In this document: piece after piece, positions 49,275 to 58,313 of the stretch
How the letters are laid out: the number at the start of each line of letters is the position of its first letter
Numbering within the stretch: the first letter of the stretch is position 1
IMG/VR virus record: IMGVR_UViG_3300020048_003360
Span: 1-64,000 of that record
Origin: a virus
Lineage: Duplodnaviria > Caudoviricetes
Reading direction: 5' to 3' (one strand)
Length of the DNA stretch: 64,000 nt
The notes under the pieces: generated by a model
Databases searched by the model: none
Told to the model about the DNA's origin: nothing
Seen by the model: the letters and a program-made list of their open reading frames with translations, nothing else
Position numbers and translations under genes: made by a program

Positions 49275-50558
49275 TTATGCTGCTTTACTTAGCATAGCTG
49301 CTTTAACAAATAATTCATTAACTGCTAAGTCTTCTAGTTCTTTTTGCAATGCTTCTTGACTACGTGCTTTTCGTGATGATGGGAATAATAGATCTTGTAA
49401 TGCACCAAAGAACTGTCTCCGATCGTTAGCTTCTGCTAGTAGTTTATCTACAGCTTCTAGATCCTCTTCTAACCTAATAATGTCGTCTTTACTTAATTTT
49501 TTATTTTTTAAGTTTTCAACAACCTGATCACGAATACGTTTTAATCTTTCACCTGGTCTATCATAAGTAGGCGAATCAGAATCACCAACAATTAATAAAA
49601 TACCAAGTAGCATCGGTAATCCAATAATAGTGCCGGTGAGTCCAGCTATTGCTAATGGACTTATAATTAATAATACCTTAACACATTCCATAGCTAAGTA
49701 TCCAGTAGTACTACGGAAGGACATATGACCTTTATAATACTTACCTAATGCTAAAGCTAGTGGTCTACCTGCACCCTGACGAGCAGCGTATTGATCAGCT
49801 AGATATTCCCACGTACTAAAGTCATAGATGTCACTACCTAATTCAGATTTAGTTTCTTTACTGATATTAGTAATGACCACCATTTCAATTACTTTCTTAT
49901 TACTACTTTTAGCTAGTGCTTTAGTATCTAATGATTTAAGATCCATAGCCTTCTTAGCAGTAATTAAAATTACTTCTCTTTCTTCTACAGTACCAGAGTT
50001 ATCTAGTGCTTTAGATAATCCAGCTAACATTTGATTTGTACTAACTGATCTAGACATAAATTCATAATAAACGAATAAATGACCTATTTCATGTAAAGTT
50101 ACTGCAGCTACTTCTTCAGCTGTAAACTGATTGGTAGTAAACATTGTAATTGGGAGATCAATGGTAGAGTGTACTTCAGTAAAAATACCAGTCACCATAC
50201 CTGATTTTAGATCTACACTACCTTTAGCAGCACTCTTTGATTCACTAATCATTTTAAGACCATCTGAACTATTCAGATAGTTTCTGATATATGAGTTAAC
50301 TAAGATATTATTTTTATTTACCATAGGTACAGTTACTTGTGGATCAGCATTACCTATATTGAGAGTAATGTTTAGACCAGTATGATGCTTTATTACTTTA
50401 GATATTGTGGTGACAATATCATTATCGGAAACTAATTTATTATCTACTTTCTTTAAAGCGTCAAAATTAAGGACAAGCTCTTTAAAGAAAGCAGATGCGA
50501 TTTGAAACATAATTGATTCATTTACTGGCGAATCATGGGTGACCAAGGTCTGACGCAT
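49275..50558 (-). CDS. Virion protein with HExxH motif (phiKZ gp84-like)
   Basis: EEVAAVTLHEIGHLF, EYLADQYAARQGAG, a hydrophobic stretch, YD.P.ERLKRIR. Confidence 0.65.
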   Translation of the reverse strand: MRQTLVTHDSPVNESIMFQIASAFFKELVLNFDALKKVDNKLVSDNDIVTTISKVIKHHTGLNITLNIGNADPQVTVPMVNKNNILVNSYIRNYLNSSDGLKMISESKSAAKGSVDLKSGMVTGIFTEVHSTIDLPITMFTTNQFTAEEVAAVTLHEIGHLFVYYEFMSRSVSTNQMLAGLSKALDNSGTVEEREVILITAKKAMDLKSLDTKALAKSSNKKVIEMVVITNISKETKSELGSDIYDFSTWEYLADQYAARQGAGRPLALALGKYYKGHMSFRSTTGYLAMECVKVLLIISPLAIAGLTGTIIGLPMLLGILLIVGDSDSPTYDRPGERLKRIRDQVVENLKNKKLSKDDIIRLEEDLEAVDKLLAEANDRRQFFGALQDLLFPSSRKARSQEALQKELEDLAVNELFVKAAMLSKAA

Positions 50559-50679
50559 TTAAGTTATCCTTTATTAAAAATATTTTAACCCATAATATTA
50601 ATGGACAGTACCGTAAACAAGCAAAAAAAAGTACAAAACCAAACTACGGTCTCATACTTTAAAATATACTAAAGACTGG

Positions 50680-50967
50680 TTAAAGACTGGTTAGTTCATA
50701 ACGGGGTCTAACCACCTTATAACTCCCGTTTACGTACCTTGTCAATGAGCACACATAGCCACCTTCATTCGTCATGATAATGTGTGCTGTCTCTCGCTCG
50801 TTCATAGGGAAACACTTTAAATATGCTTCCCTATGTAGCTCCTTACTACCAATCTCATCGGTAGGAGCTGGTGCTTTATCGACACCAGCCAGTTCTGCCG
50901 ACACTGTCCAAGCCGTTACCACCAGCAGGATAATAGCAAGGGTAATAGTCATCCTACGACCATGCAT
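50680..50967 (-). CDS. Small secreted/membrane protein in the GC-richer island
   Basis: SD aaggagg; signal-peptide-like TITLAIILLVVTAWTVSA. Confidence 0.6.
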   Translation of the reverse strand: MHGRRMTITLAIILLVVTAWTVSAELAGVDKAPAPTDEIGSKELHREAYLKCFPMNERETAHIIMTNEGGYVCSLTRYVNGSYKVVRPRYELTSL

Positions 50968-51250
50968 ATACTACCTCCTTTTTTGGAAGGTTAATATTAG
51001 AGAAGCGTTCTAACAATAGTGCCCCTCCGTCCGTCAGCATGTACTTCGTATCTACCTTTTTACGGTAGCCTTCCTCAGTGGCTACTGCACTTGGTATCTT
51101 ACTTATAACAATGTATTCCTTTTGCTGAAGCCAGTCTATGGCATCAACAAAAACCTTAGTAGATTGCGGCACTTCATAGTTGTTCGCAATCTTCCAGAGC
51201 GTCTCAACTGCTATTAGTAGCGTTGGTACATTTTCTAGACTCACGACCAT
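50954..51250 (-). CDS. Hypothetical ~98-aa protein, possible winged-helix
   Basis: Likely start ATG 51250 after ggagga (MVVSLENV). DAIDWLQQKEYIVI...KYMLTDGGALLL resembles a wHTH recognition helix plus wing. Confidence 0.5.
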   Translation of the reverse strand: MVVSLENVPTLLIAVETLWKIANNYEVPQSTKVFVDAIDWLQQKEYIVISKIPSAVATEEGYRKKVDTKYMLTDGGALLLERFSNINLPKKEVVYAWS

Positions 51251-51774
51251 TCCTCCGTCGTCACTGCTAATGCAACGGACAGGACCATATCGTCTACAAC
51301 TAGTGACGACATAACGCTGTACTCTTTGTGGTGCGACATATCGCCACCGCGCGTGCACTCATTAAGAACTGCACCTGGTAGTAGTGCAACTACCCGTGTC
51401 ATGCACTGAATCACCGTCATCTCACCTGAACCGATGTCAGTATTGTCTAGGCAGTGTCTCAAAAACACTGCCAGTGCTCCACTTGTCTCAGTGTCTGGAC
51501 TCACTGATTCCAGCAGGGAACTGTTCATCTCTCCTACCGTAATTGAAACCATAGTGGGAGTTGAGAAATCTATCCTCACAACCTCCTTTACAACGCCTGG
51601 CTTGGCTGTGAGCCCGTAGTTGTATCTTGCCATACCTCCACTTCTTATCTCCCCAAGAACAGTATGTAATTCTCGTGACAGCTGCAGCCCTATAGAAGTC
51701 ACGTACTCGCTCTCAACCTGACTTAAACTACCAGGTGCTGGGCTTACTAATCCTACTGATTTTATTACGTTCAT
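51241..51774 (-). CDS. Hypothetical protein, first gene of the island
   Basis: SD aggag; overlaps the next start. Confidence 0.6.
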   Translation of the reverse strand: MNVIKSVGLVSPAPGSLSQVESEYVTSIGLQLSRELHTVLGEIRSGGMARYNYGLTAKPGVVKEVVRIDFSTPTMVSITVGEMNSSLLESVSPDTETSGALAVFLRHCLDNTDIGSGEMTVIQCMTRVVALLPGAVLNECTRGGDMSHHKEYSVMSSLVVDDMVLSVALAVTTEEWS

Positions 51775-51814
51775 GACGACTCTCCTAAAAGAACTAACAG
51801 AACAATTCCATTAG

Positions 51815-51845
51815 TCACTGCAATCAGGTAATATGTGATTATAAT
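51815..51845 (-). promoter_or_regulatory. Candidate early promoter (TATTAC)
   Basis: Minus-strand cacaTATTACctga (gtaata at 51828-51833) ~55 nt upstream of the island. TATTAC is the known phiKZ early-promoter core. Confidence 0.5.
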
Positions 51846-51861
51846 AATCTAGAATCTATAT

Positions 51862-52164
51862 TTATAATATCTCTTTTTTTATTGATGTTAGTAATATATC
51901 TCTTTTAGTTTTTGTAATCTTTTTATATTCACATTCTAGCCATATTTCATATATAGCATTAAAGGCGTGATTTTTACAAATAGAATCTATTTTTAATTCT
52001 TGTGCCTTACCTTTAGCATAGTCTCTCCTATCGCTCGTGATAAAATAATTAAAATCAAACTCATTTAGTAGTTTGATAAAAGCATCAAATGATTCATTTG
52101 TAAGTGTATCGAACATAGTAATTTGTGGTGTTTTTTTATTAAAGGTCTTCATCATTTGAAACAC
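51862..52164 (-). CDS. Hypothetical protein (~100 aa)
   Basis: Clean AT-rich ORF; exact start uncertain. Confidence 0.55.
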   Translation of the reverse strand: MFQMMKTFNKKTPQITMFDTLTNESFDAFIKLLNEFDFNYFITSDRRDYAKGKAQELKIDSICKNHAFNAIYEIWLECEYKKITKTKRDILLTSIKKEIL

Positions 52165-52182
52165 TAATAAAGGGGTAATAAA

Positions 52183-53859
52183 ATGGATAAAGAGGTGAAA
52201 AGTATTGAATGTCGTTTTGTCGTATATTGTAAACCCACTAGTAATGGCGATGATTTACACGTAGTAAAAGAACAAATTCATACTGTAGATGGTGAAGTAG
52301 TGCCAAATGTTAGATTAATAAAGAACTTTAAAAGAAAGTTTTGGATTACTAAAAAAGCACAACGTACTCATTTACAAAAGAAAGAATATACAAAGTTAGA
52401 AAACGTAATAGAATATCAATCCACTCAAGGTAATTTAATATATAGTATTGCTAATGTGTTAGGTGGGCCTCCAGCACATAATAGTTTAAGAAAACTCTGT
52501 CGTAATCCATATATTTACGGCGCTGACATATTATCCACTGCTGTAGTAAAAAAAGCGTATCAAACAAAATATCCAGATATAAATACATTCTATAATGTAG
52601 CTATTTTTGATACAGAAACAGACATGGTAAATGACACTGAAGAAATAGTGATGGCCACTCTATCATTTAAATCTAAAGTGATTACCGTAATTAAAGAATC
52701 CTTTGTGGCTGGACATAGTGATGTAATTAATAGATTAAACATACTACTAAAAAAATACTTAGGTGAACACGTAGAGAAGCGTAAAATAAATTGGGAAGTT
52801 TTAATAGTACCCACAGAAGTAAATATTGTAACTGAGATTTTTAAGAAAGCACATGAATGGAAACCAGATATTATTGCTATATGGAATATGGACTTTGATA
52901 TTCCAAAAGTAATAAATGCATTAGAAAAAGCAGGAATAGATCCTAAAAATGTATTTTCTGATCCAATAGTACCGAAAGAATATAGACACTTTAGTTACCA
53001 TAATGGTAGTGCTGTCAAGGTAACTGCTAGTGGTAAAGAAATGTCTAAAAATTATTACGAACAATGGCATACCGTATATGCACCTAGTAGTTTTTACTTT
53101 ATAGATGCGATGTGTCTATATTATCAGATTAGGACTCAAGGTGGTAAAGAACAATCATATAGTTTAAACGCAATCTTAGATAAGCATTTAGGTATTAGAA
53201 AATTAAACTTTGATGAGGCTGAAAAATATGTAAAAGCTGAATGGCATCAGTTTATGCAGAGTAAATATCCATTAGAGTATGTAATCTATAACGTATTTGA
53301 CTGTATATCTATGGAATTATTAGATGAATCTACAAATGATATATCGCTAACATTACCTATGTTTTCTGGATGTTCTGATTTTCATCATTTTAACTCACAA
53401 CCAAAACGATTAGCTGACGACATGCATTATTTTTGTTTAGATAATGGATACGTCTATGGAACTACTAGTGACGAAATGGTCACTAAGGATGATAGCCTAG
53501 TTACTAGTGGAGTAGGGTGGATCGTGACTCTAGAGGCTAATTTAGTTAGTGATTCTGGCCTACGAGTGATTGAAGAAGATCCTAATATGAGATCGAACAT
53601 TCGGGCGATGGTTGGGGACCTTGACGCTACGGCAGCGTATCCATCCGGTGAATGTGTCTTTAATGTCAGTAGGGAAACTACACATAAAGAATTAATCCGT
53701 ATAGAAGGCGTGCCAGAATCAATCAGAAGACAACAGGGGCTGAATCTATCTGGTGGACTCACGAATGCGGTTGAGATCGCTAATGATTTATATAAACTAC
53801 CAACCATGCATGATTTGTTAAGTTGTTATAATGAACACCAAAAAGATCTCTATCAGTAA
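52183..53859 (+). CDS. Split family-B DNA polymerase, N-terminal part (3'-5' exonuclease + motif A; phiKZ gp82-like)
   Basis: ExoI AIFDTETD, ExoII WNMDFD, ExoIII YNVFDC, motif-A-like GDLDATAAYPS; no motif B or C. Confidence 0.8.
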   Translation: MDKEVKSIECRFVVYCKPTSNGDDLHVVKEQIHTVDGEVVPNVRLIKNFKRKFWITKKAQRTHLQKKEYTKLENVIEYQSTQGNLIYSIANVLGGPPAHNSLRKLCRNPYIYGADILSTAVVKKAYQTKYPDINTFYNVAIFDTETDMVNDTEEIVMATLSFKSKVITVIKESFVAGHSDVINRLNILLKKYLGEHVEKRKINWEVLIVPTEVNIVTEIFKKAHEWKPDIIAIWNMDFDIPKVINALEKAGIDPKNVFSDPIVPKEYRHFSYHNGSAVKVTASGKEMSKNYYEQWHTVYAPSSFYFIDAMCLYYQIRTQGGKEQSYSLNAILDKHLGIRKLNFDEAEKYVKAEWHQFMQSKYPLEYVIYNVFDCISMELLDESTNDISLTLPMFSGCSDFHHFNSQPKRLADDMHYFCLDNGYVYGTTSDEMVTKDDSLVTSGVGWIVTLEANLVSDSGLRVIEEDPNMRSNIRAMVGDLDATAAYPSGECVFNVSRETTHKELIRIEGVPESIRRQQGLNLSGGLTNAVEIANDLYKLPTMHDLLSCYNEHQKDLYQ

Positions 53860-53880
53860 TGATAGTTAATAAATAAAAAA

Positions 53881-53922
53881 TAATCACCACACTAGGAGAT
53901 ATTCTTCCTAGTGTGGTGATTA
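53881..53922. terminator. Bidirectional terminator, repeat element copy 1
   Basis: taatcaccacactagga-gatattct-tcctagtgtggtgatta. Confidence 0.8.
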
Positions 53923-53940
53923 TGATGTTATACGAATGTT

Positions 53941-54300
53941 TTACAATACACTATCTTCTCGATTTCCTGCCCTATGTTTGTGAAGAAACTGGTATAGTAC
54001 ACAAAACCCCATAGCTGTTAATTTGGAGCCTACAGTACAGATAGCGTATGACCCTGCAACTTTCTCTTCACTATTCCTGTTAGCAGTGTGAATATAAACT
54101 CTATAATGAAGTTTCGTATCGCACCAAGTAAATACAAAATCTGGCACATATCTAAACTCATGAGTAACAAAAATCCTATTTAACTTATCAGAAGAATCTC
54201 CTGCCACTACTGTAGTTTTTGGTAATGCTCTTAATGCCAGTAGGCTACTATATATACCTTTTCTTTCTAATCGTTTCCTCATTACTACAGATAGTTCCAT
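53941..54300 (-). CDS. Conserved-looking hypothetical protein (119 aa)
   Basis: SD aagga; FRYVPDFVFTWC, YAICT motifs; no function recognised. Confidence 0.65.
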   Translation of the reverse strand: MELSVVMRKRLERKGIYSSLLALRALPKTTVVAGDSSDKLNRIFVTHEFRYVPDFVFTWCDTKLHYRVYIHTANRNSEEKVAGSYAICTVGSKLTAMGFCVLYQFLHKHRAGNREDSVL

Positions 54301-54367
54301 TTTTAATCCTTTATGTAAGGTTACAGCTATTAAAATAACAAGTGACTGTCATCACTGTCTATACCAC

Positions 54368-54413
54368 ATAAATACTCACACTAGGAGATATTCATCCTAG
54401 TGTGGGTATTTAT
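54368..54413. terminator. Stem-loop terminator, repeat element copy 2
   Basis: ataaatactcacactagga-gatattca-tcctagtgtgggtatttat; core is 28/29 identical to copy 1. Confidence 0.8.
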
Positions 54414-54619
54414 CAATCTACCATACGTGTTAACCAAGCATGCATCCAAATAAGTGATTCCGATATTGAATTATCCTTAAGAGTTTTGTCAAGTTTCCGT
54501 ACCTTATTCATTAATACCTTAGGAACGGGCCTCTTAATATCCCTTATAGTTAATGGATTCTTTATAATGGGATGTATTTCACACAATAACTTTTCTACGT
54601 CATCGTCGTTATACATCAC
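54413..54619 (-). CDS. Small hypothetical protein (68 aa)
   Basis: GTG start after agaggtag. Confidence 0.55.
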   Translation of the reverse strand: MMYNDDDVEKLLCEIHPIIKNPLTIRDIKRPVPKVLMNKVRKLDKTLKDNSISESLIWMHAWLTRMVD

Positions 54620-54649
54620 ACTACCTCTTTAACTAAAATGTTTAATACT

Positions 54650-54916
54650 TCAGCTAAATTTATTTCTGCGTCGTCGCACTTCTTTGATGCTGATATTTAA
54701 ACGCTGTGCCTCATCCTTTACACTATTACTAAAGACTACTTCAGTAGCCGATGGTGCTTGGGTGGCCTGTATTTGTATAAACGCAGTACATTTTCCATCG
54801 TCATATATATCACATTTTCTGCATTCTGGAAGTTCTCCTATTGTTACGTTATTTAAACGAACACAACCAGCGTCTCTAAACTTTACCAAAATAGAGCTAA
54901 TTGTACTAATCATCAT
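54650..54916 (-). CDS. Small Cys-containing protein with basic C-terminus
   Basis: C..CRKC...C cluster and EAQRLNISIKEVRRRR. Confidence 0.55.
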   Translation of the reverse strand: MMISTISSILVKFRDAGCVRLNNVTIGELPECRKCDIYDDGKCTAFIQIQATQAPSATEVVFSNSVKDEAQRLNISIKEVRRRRNKFS

Positions 54917-55202
54917 TATCGTCTTCGTATGAAGATATACTGGTTTCTAGAATCATTTCAGTCCAATAAGCATTATCTAAATCGATATCAATAGGAATAC
55001 TTAAGTTATAAATAGCATCATTATTTCCATTGTCATTAATTACATGCCAAGATTCCAGCTCATTGGAATAACATGCTTTTTGGATAACAGTATTTCCATT
55101 ATCGCTATAGTAGTGTAACACTACAACACGATCGTCATCAGGTACGTGTTCAGATGCTAATGCGTAAATCATTCCATTGAGTGGTAAATTATCTAGTTTC
55201 AT
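54906..55202 (-). CDS. Hypothetical early protein
   Basis: Likely start ATG 55202 (MKLDNL) after aagga, directly downstream of the 42-bp promoter cassette. Confidence 0.6.
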   Translation of the reverse strand: MKLDNLPLNGMIYALASEHVPDDDRVVVLHYYSDNGNTVIQKACYSNELESWHVINDNGNNDAIYNLSIPIDIDLDNAYWTEMILETSISSYEDDNDD

Positions 55203-55220
55203 TATTTGTCCTTTAGGTGG

Positions 55221-55262
55221 TACATATAGGTAATATATTGCCATAATTATTTTGAGTACGGC
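55221..55262 (-). promoter_or_regulatory. Conserved 42-bp early-promoter cassette, copy 1 (TATTAC core)
   Basis: 37/42 identical to 62565-62606 by hand alignment; gtaata at 55230-55235. Confidence 0.75.
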
Positions 55263-55263
55263 A

Positions 55264-55301
55264 TAATAGTCAATAACACCAGATAGTGTTATTGACTATT
55301 A
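55264..55301 (-). terminator. Stem-loop followed by TATGCCG
   Basis: taatagtcaataacac-cagata-gtgttattgactatta. Confidence 0.8.
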
Positions 55302-55331
55302 CGTAAATTAATTCTATTTATGGAAGACTAC

Positions 55332-55979
55332 TTAACGACTATAAAAAGCCGTTACTTTTTGAATTCCTTTTTCTGAAACAAACTTTAGTGTATTAGCTAT
55401 ACTCGCTTGTTTTACTGCTAACTGACGACCTTTAGGATCAGCAGTTAATTTTAGTAAATTTAAAATACGCTGGAATGACGCGCGTTCATCTTTAGAAAGA
55501 GGAATTGATTCAAAATGACGAAATACACGACACTCGTGAAATACACCATCTTTGTGTTCGTGAAATAGTTGTAGAGTATTAGCAAACACATAATTAAAAT
55601 CATCATCTAGATTATTAATTATGTTCGTAAGTGTTCTATAAAGCTGTACTTGGTGACGCGTACCTTCTTCAACAGTAACTGGTTTACGAGGCGCCATATT
55701 AGTAATATAGTCTAATAGATTTTGCTGTGCAATTTTACCTAGTAAACTAATATTTTCTTTTTCTACTGCCGGTGGGATAGGGGTCGGAACTACCTCAGCC
55801 TTTACTGCGGGCTCTGAAACTACCTCTACCACAGGTACCTCTTCCTCTACTACTTCTATTACATTAGAAATAACATCTTCAGTTCCAGTAGTGTCTGGGG
55901 TTACAGATAGAATTTCTGTAATCGCTTCAGGCACTACGGCGGCTGATGTATTTTCTACCGATTCAGCTTGTTTATTCAT
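55332..55979 (-). CDS. Conserved hypothetical protein with acidic/Pro-rich N-terminus (phiKZ gp81-like position)
   Basis: Low-complexity E/V/P N-terminus, globular C-terminus; synteny. Confidence 0.6.
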   Translation of the reverse strand: MNKQAESVENTSAAVVPEAITEILSVTPDTTGTEDVISNVIEVVEEEVPVVEVVSEPAVKAEVVPTPIPPAVEKENISLLGKIAQQNLLDYITNMAPRKPVTVEEGTRHQVQLYRTLTNIINNLDDDFNYVFANTLQLFHEHKDGVFHECRVFRHFESIPLSKDERASFQRILNLLKLTADPKGRQLAVKQASIANTLKFVSEKGIQKVTAFYSR

Positions 55980-56041
55980 TTTCTATTCCTTTGTATGTTT
56001 GTTCAAAATATAATGCATAGTAATAAAAAAAATACTTTATT

Positions 56042-57349
56042 TTAGAAAATACTCTCTTTATAATTCATTTTAGCTAAGTTTAGCCCTTTAGAATGCCCTG
56101 CTTTCATGTTAATGTACATCATGACAGAACCAAAGTTTGTAATAGCTACAGACACACTAGTTGGGTTATTAGAAAGATTAGTACCTATACACGTATGACA
56201 AAAATCTGTCTTATCTGCCTTACAGTACATTGGGCTACGTACTAAAACTGTTTTACCAATATATTGTTTAGCATCATCAGTAGTATTAACTCTAATACTA
56301 CCACCTTTAGTAACTACACTATATCCAACTAACCAATCTAAATTCTCATTAGTTACTGTAATTGGGTTTCCTAATTTACTACCACAATCATCAATAGTTA
56401 CATTGATATTAGATGATGTTCTTTGTAGCCATTTAAATGCCTCACCACCTTTAATAGTTTCTGCACCTCTATTAAAACTACCGGCACGAAGTGAATTATT
56501 CATAGCTGGGAATGCATTAATATCCCAACCTTCTGATAATGAATTTTGTATCAGATCTACATTTATCTTTTCTTCTAATCCAACTTCAGCACCTAACATT
56601 CCAAATAGTTTTTTACGATGAATAGCAATGGTGTCGTTTTCAAGTAAAAAACCTTCACTTAGATCACCTTTAAGATATGCTTTATCAAAAGCTACTAACT
56701 CGGCATCTATTAATGCCACTATAGCTGGGTCATGTAGTCTATCTTTATATTTCTCAAATAGAGTTGCTTTTAATTCAGCTATTCCTGGAGCAGCTACTAT
56801 TGACTTTGGTGTAGCTCCAGGTACACATAATTGAGTAAAGCCAGTAAGGTAAAAAACAGAATCACAAAAATTTAGATACTCATCAACATATATTTCTGAC
56901 TCAATACGATCTTCAACGTTAATTGGTGTATTTTTTAATTTCTCTAAAATTAAACTTTCTACTAAATCTGGACTAACTTTAGTATTGAGAAAAGATATTT
57001 TTTTACCAAAACAATTAATTAGTACTATATAGTTAAATAATACCCTACCATATGTAGTGGTAATATCTGAAGTTAGATTAACTAATTCATTTGCTTTTAA
57101 ATTTAATTCTTCACCAATAGCAAATAGTGGTTGTCCAGCTACCGCATCGTCGATCGGTAATAATTCACTAACGTCATCTGGATTTACAAAGAAGTAACTA
57201 GTCGGTGTTTGAATTAATCTATACGGATAACTATCTTTTGACCAAGCTCCAGGTACTTCTTGTACTAACGCAAATACCGATAAAACCCAAGCCTTTCTTT
57301 TATATAATTCGGATTTCATTGCTTGTAAAAAGAACTCTCTTTTTAACAT
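56042..57349 (-). CDS. Virion RNA polymerase beta-prime C-terminal subunit (phiKZ gp80-like)
   Basis: RAGSFNRGAET..GG, DDCGS, VRSPMYC.....FCHTCIG (beta-prime Zn site matching E. coli RpoC DDCGT/RS..SC..C..CYG), MK..H. Confidence 0.88.
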   Translation of the reverse strand: MLKREFFLQAMKSELYKRKAWVLSVFALVQEVPGAWSKDSYPYRLIQTPTSYFFVNPDDVSELLPIDDAVAGQPLFAIGEELNLKANELVNLTSDITTTYGRVLFNYIVLINCFGKKISFLNTKVSPDLVESLILEKLKNTPINVEDRIESEIYVDEYLNFCDSVFYLTGFTQLCVPGATPKSIVAAPGIAELKATLFEKYKDRLHDPAIVALIDAELVAFDKAYLKGDLSEGFLLENDTIAIHRKKLFGMLGAEVGLEEKINVDLIQNSLSEGWDINAFPAMNNSLRAGSFNRGAETIKGGEAFKWLQRTSSNINVTIDDCGSKLGNPITVTNENLDWLVGYSVVTKGGSIRVNTTDDAKQYIGKTVLVRSPMYCKADKTDFCHTCIGTNLSNNPTSVSVAITNFGSVMMYINMKAGHSKGLNLAKMNYKESIF

Positions 57350-57350
57350 T

Positions 57351-58178
57351 TTAATTCCTCTGCATTTTTAACAATAGATTAGTTACTTCTACACTAACTT
57401 TTGTAATTTGATCTATAGAAGAAAAATATATATCTAATTGATCTTGAATTATAGCCACTGGACTTTCATTTCCATCGCTACTAATTAACGCTGCGGCTAT
57501 TAATTCAGTAGCTGCCTTTTTAGCTGGCATTTCTTCTAAGTCTTTACCAATGATTGATAGGTACGTGTTTAATGGATACCCTACATCTAAACCATTGGTC
57601 AATAATACGGTAGTTAATAATTCTGTATTTCCAATTAAATCTGTAAACATAACAAATGAATCTATATATTTCTGCTTTTGTTCTTTATCTACTGTACTAA
57701 GTATCTCTGGTTTTTCTTCACAGTGTTCTTTTAGTACATAAATAAATGCAGTACTTACTTTATCTATCTCCAGTAGTAGTTCATCTGCATTCTTATGCAT
57801 CACTAATGAAACCAACTCTGCAAAAACTTCATTAGTGCTTATTGGCAAAGAAATTGTATTTAGTAGTGTGGTGGTATCTGAATATGTTCCGATATCAACT
57901 ACCGCATTCAAAAACATAGTTCTAGTATGAATATCAGTATGATCCACTAATTTAATGCCGTGTGCATTAAGTAAAAAGATCTGATAATCGGTTGTTATCT
58001 TCATAACTTCATCCATAACCATAGTGGGTGTCGTTATGTCTAATAACATTAAAGCATCTATATAGCTATCCTGGTAATTCGGTAAATCTAGTTTTTCAAA
58101 TGTAATGAGGGCTTCTGCTAATAGATCTACTAAATGTGGCGCGGCTTCATTAAGAAAAACTTTTAATTCAGTAAACAT
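57351..58178 (-). CDS. Conserved hypothetical protein (phiKZ gp79-like)
   Basis: Translationally coupled to the RNAP subunit (TAA-A-ATG); synteny. Confidence 0.6.
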   Translation of the reverse strand: MFTELKVFLNEAAPHLVDLLAEALITFEKLDLPNYQDSYIDALMLLDITTPTMVMDEVMKITTDYQIFLLNAHGIKLVDHTDIHTRTMFLNAVVDIGTYSDTTTLLNTISLPISTNEVFAELVSLVMHKNADELLLEIDKVSTAFIYVLKEHCEEKPEILSTVDKEQKQKYIDSFVMFTDLIGNTELLTTVLLTNGLDVGYPLNTYLSIIGKDLEEMPAKKAATELIAAALISSDGNESPVAIIQDQLDIYFSSIDQITKVSVEVTNLLLKMQRN

Positions 58179-58313
58179 ATAAACCTCTAAAATAAACTAA
58201 AAAAATACTAGGATATATAATTGTGTAGTTAGTAGGCTAATATTTTAGACTACACTAATGTTTCAAATAATTTGGGTAAGATAGTATTTTTATTTTTAAT
58301 AGGATAGTAAATC

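Noticed and set aside
52183-57349. Intron or intein in the DNA polymerase or RNAP subunit
   Set aside because: Both ORFs are continuous, of expected size, with no intein splice or homing-endonuclease motifs.
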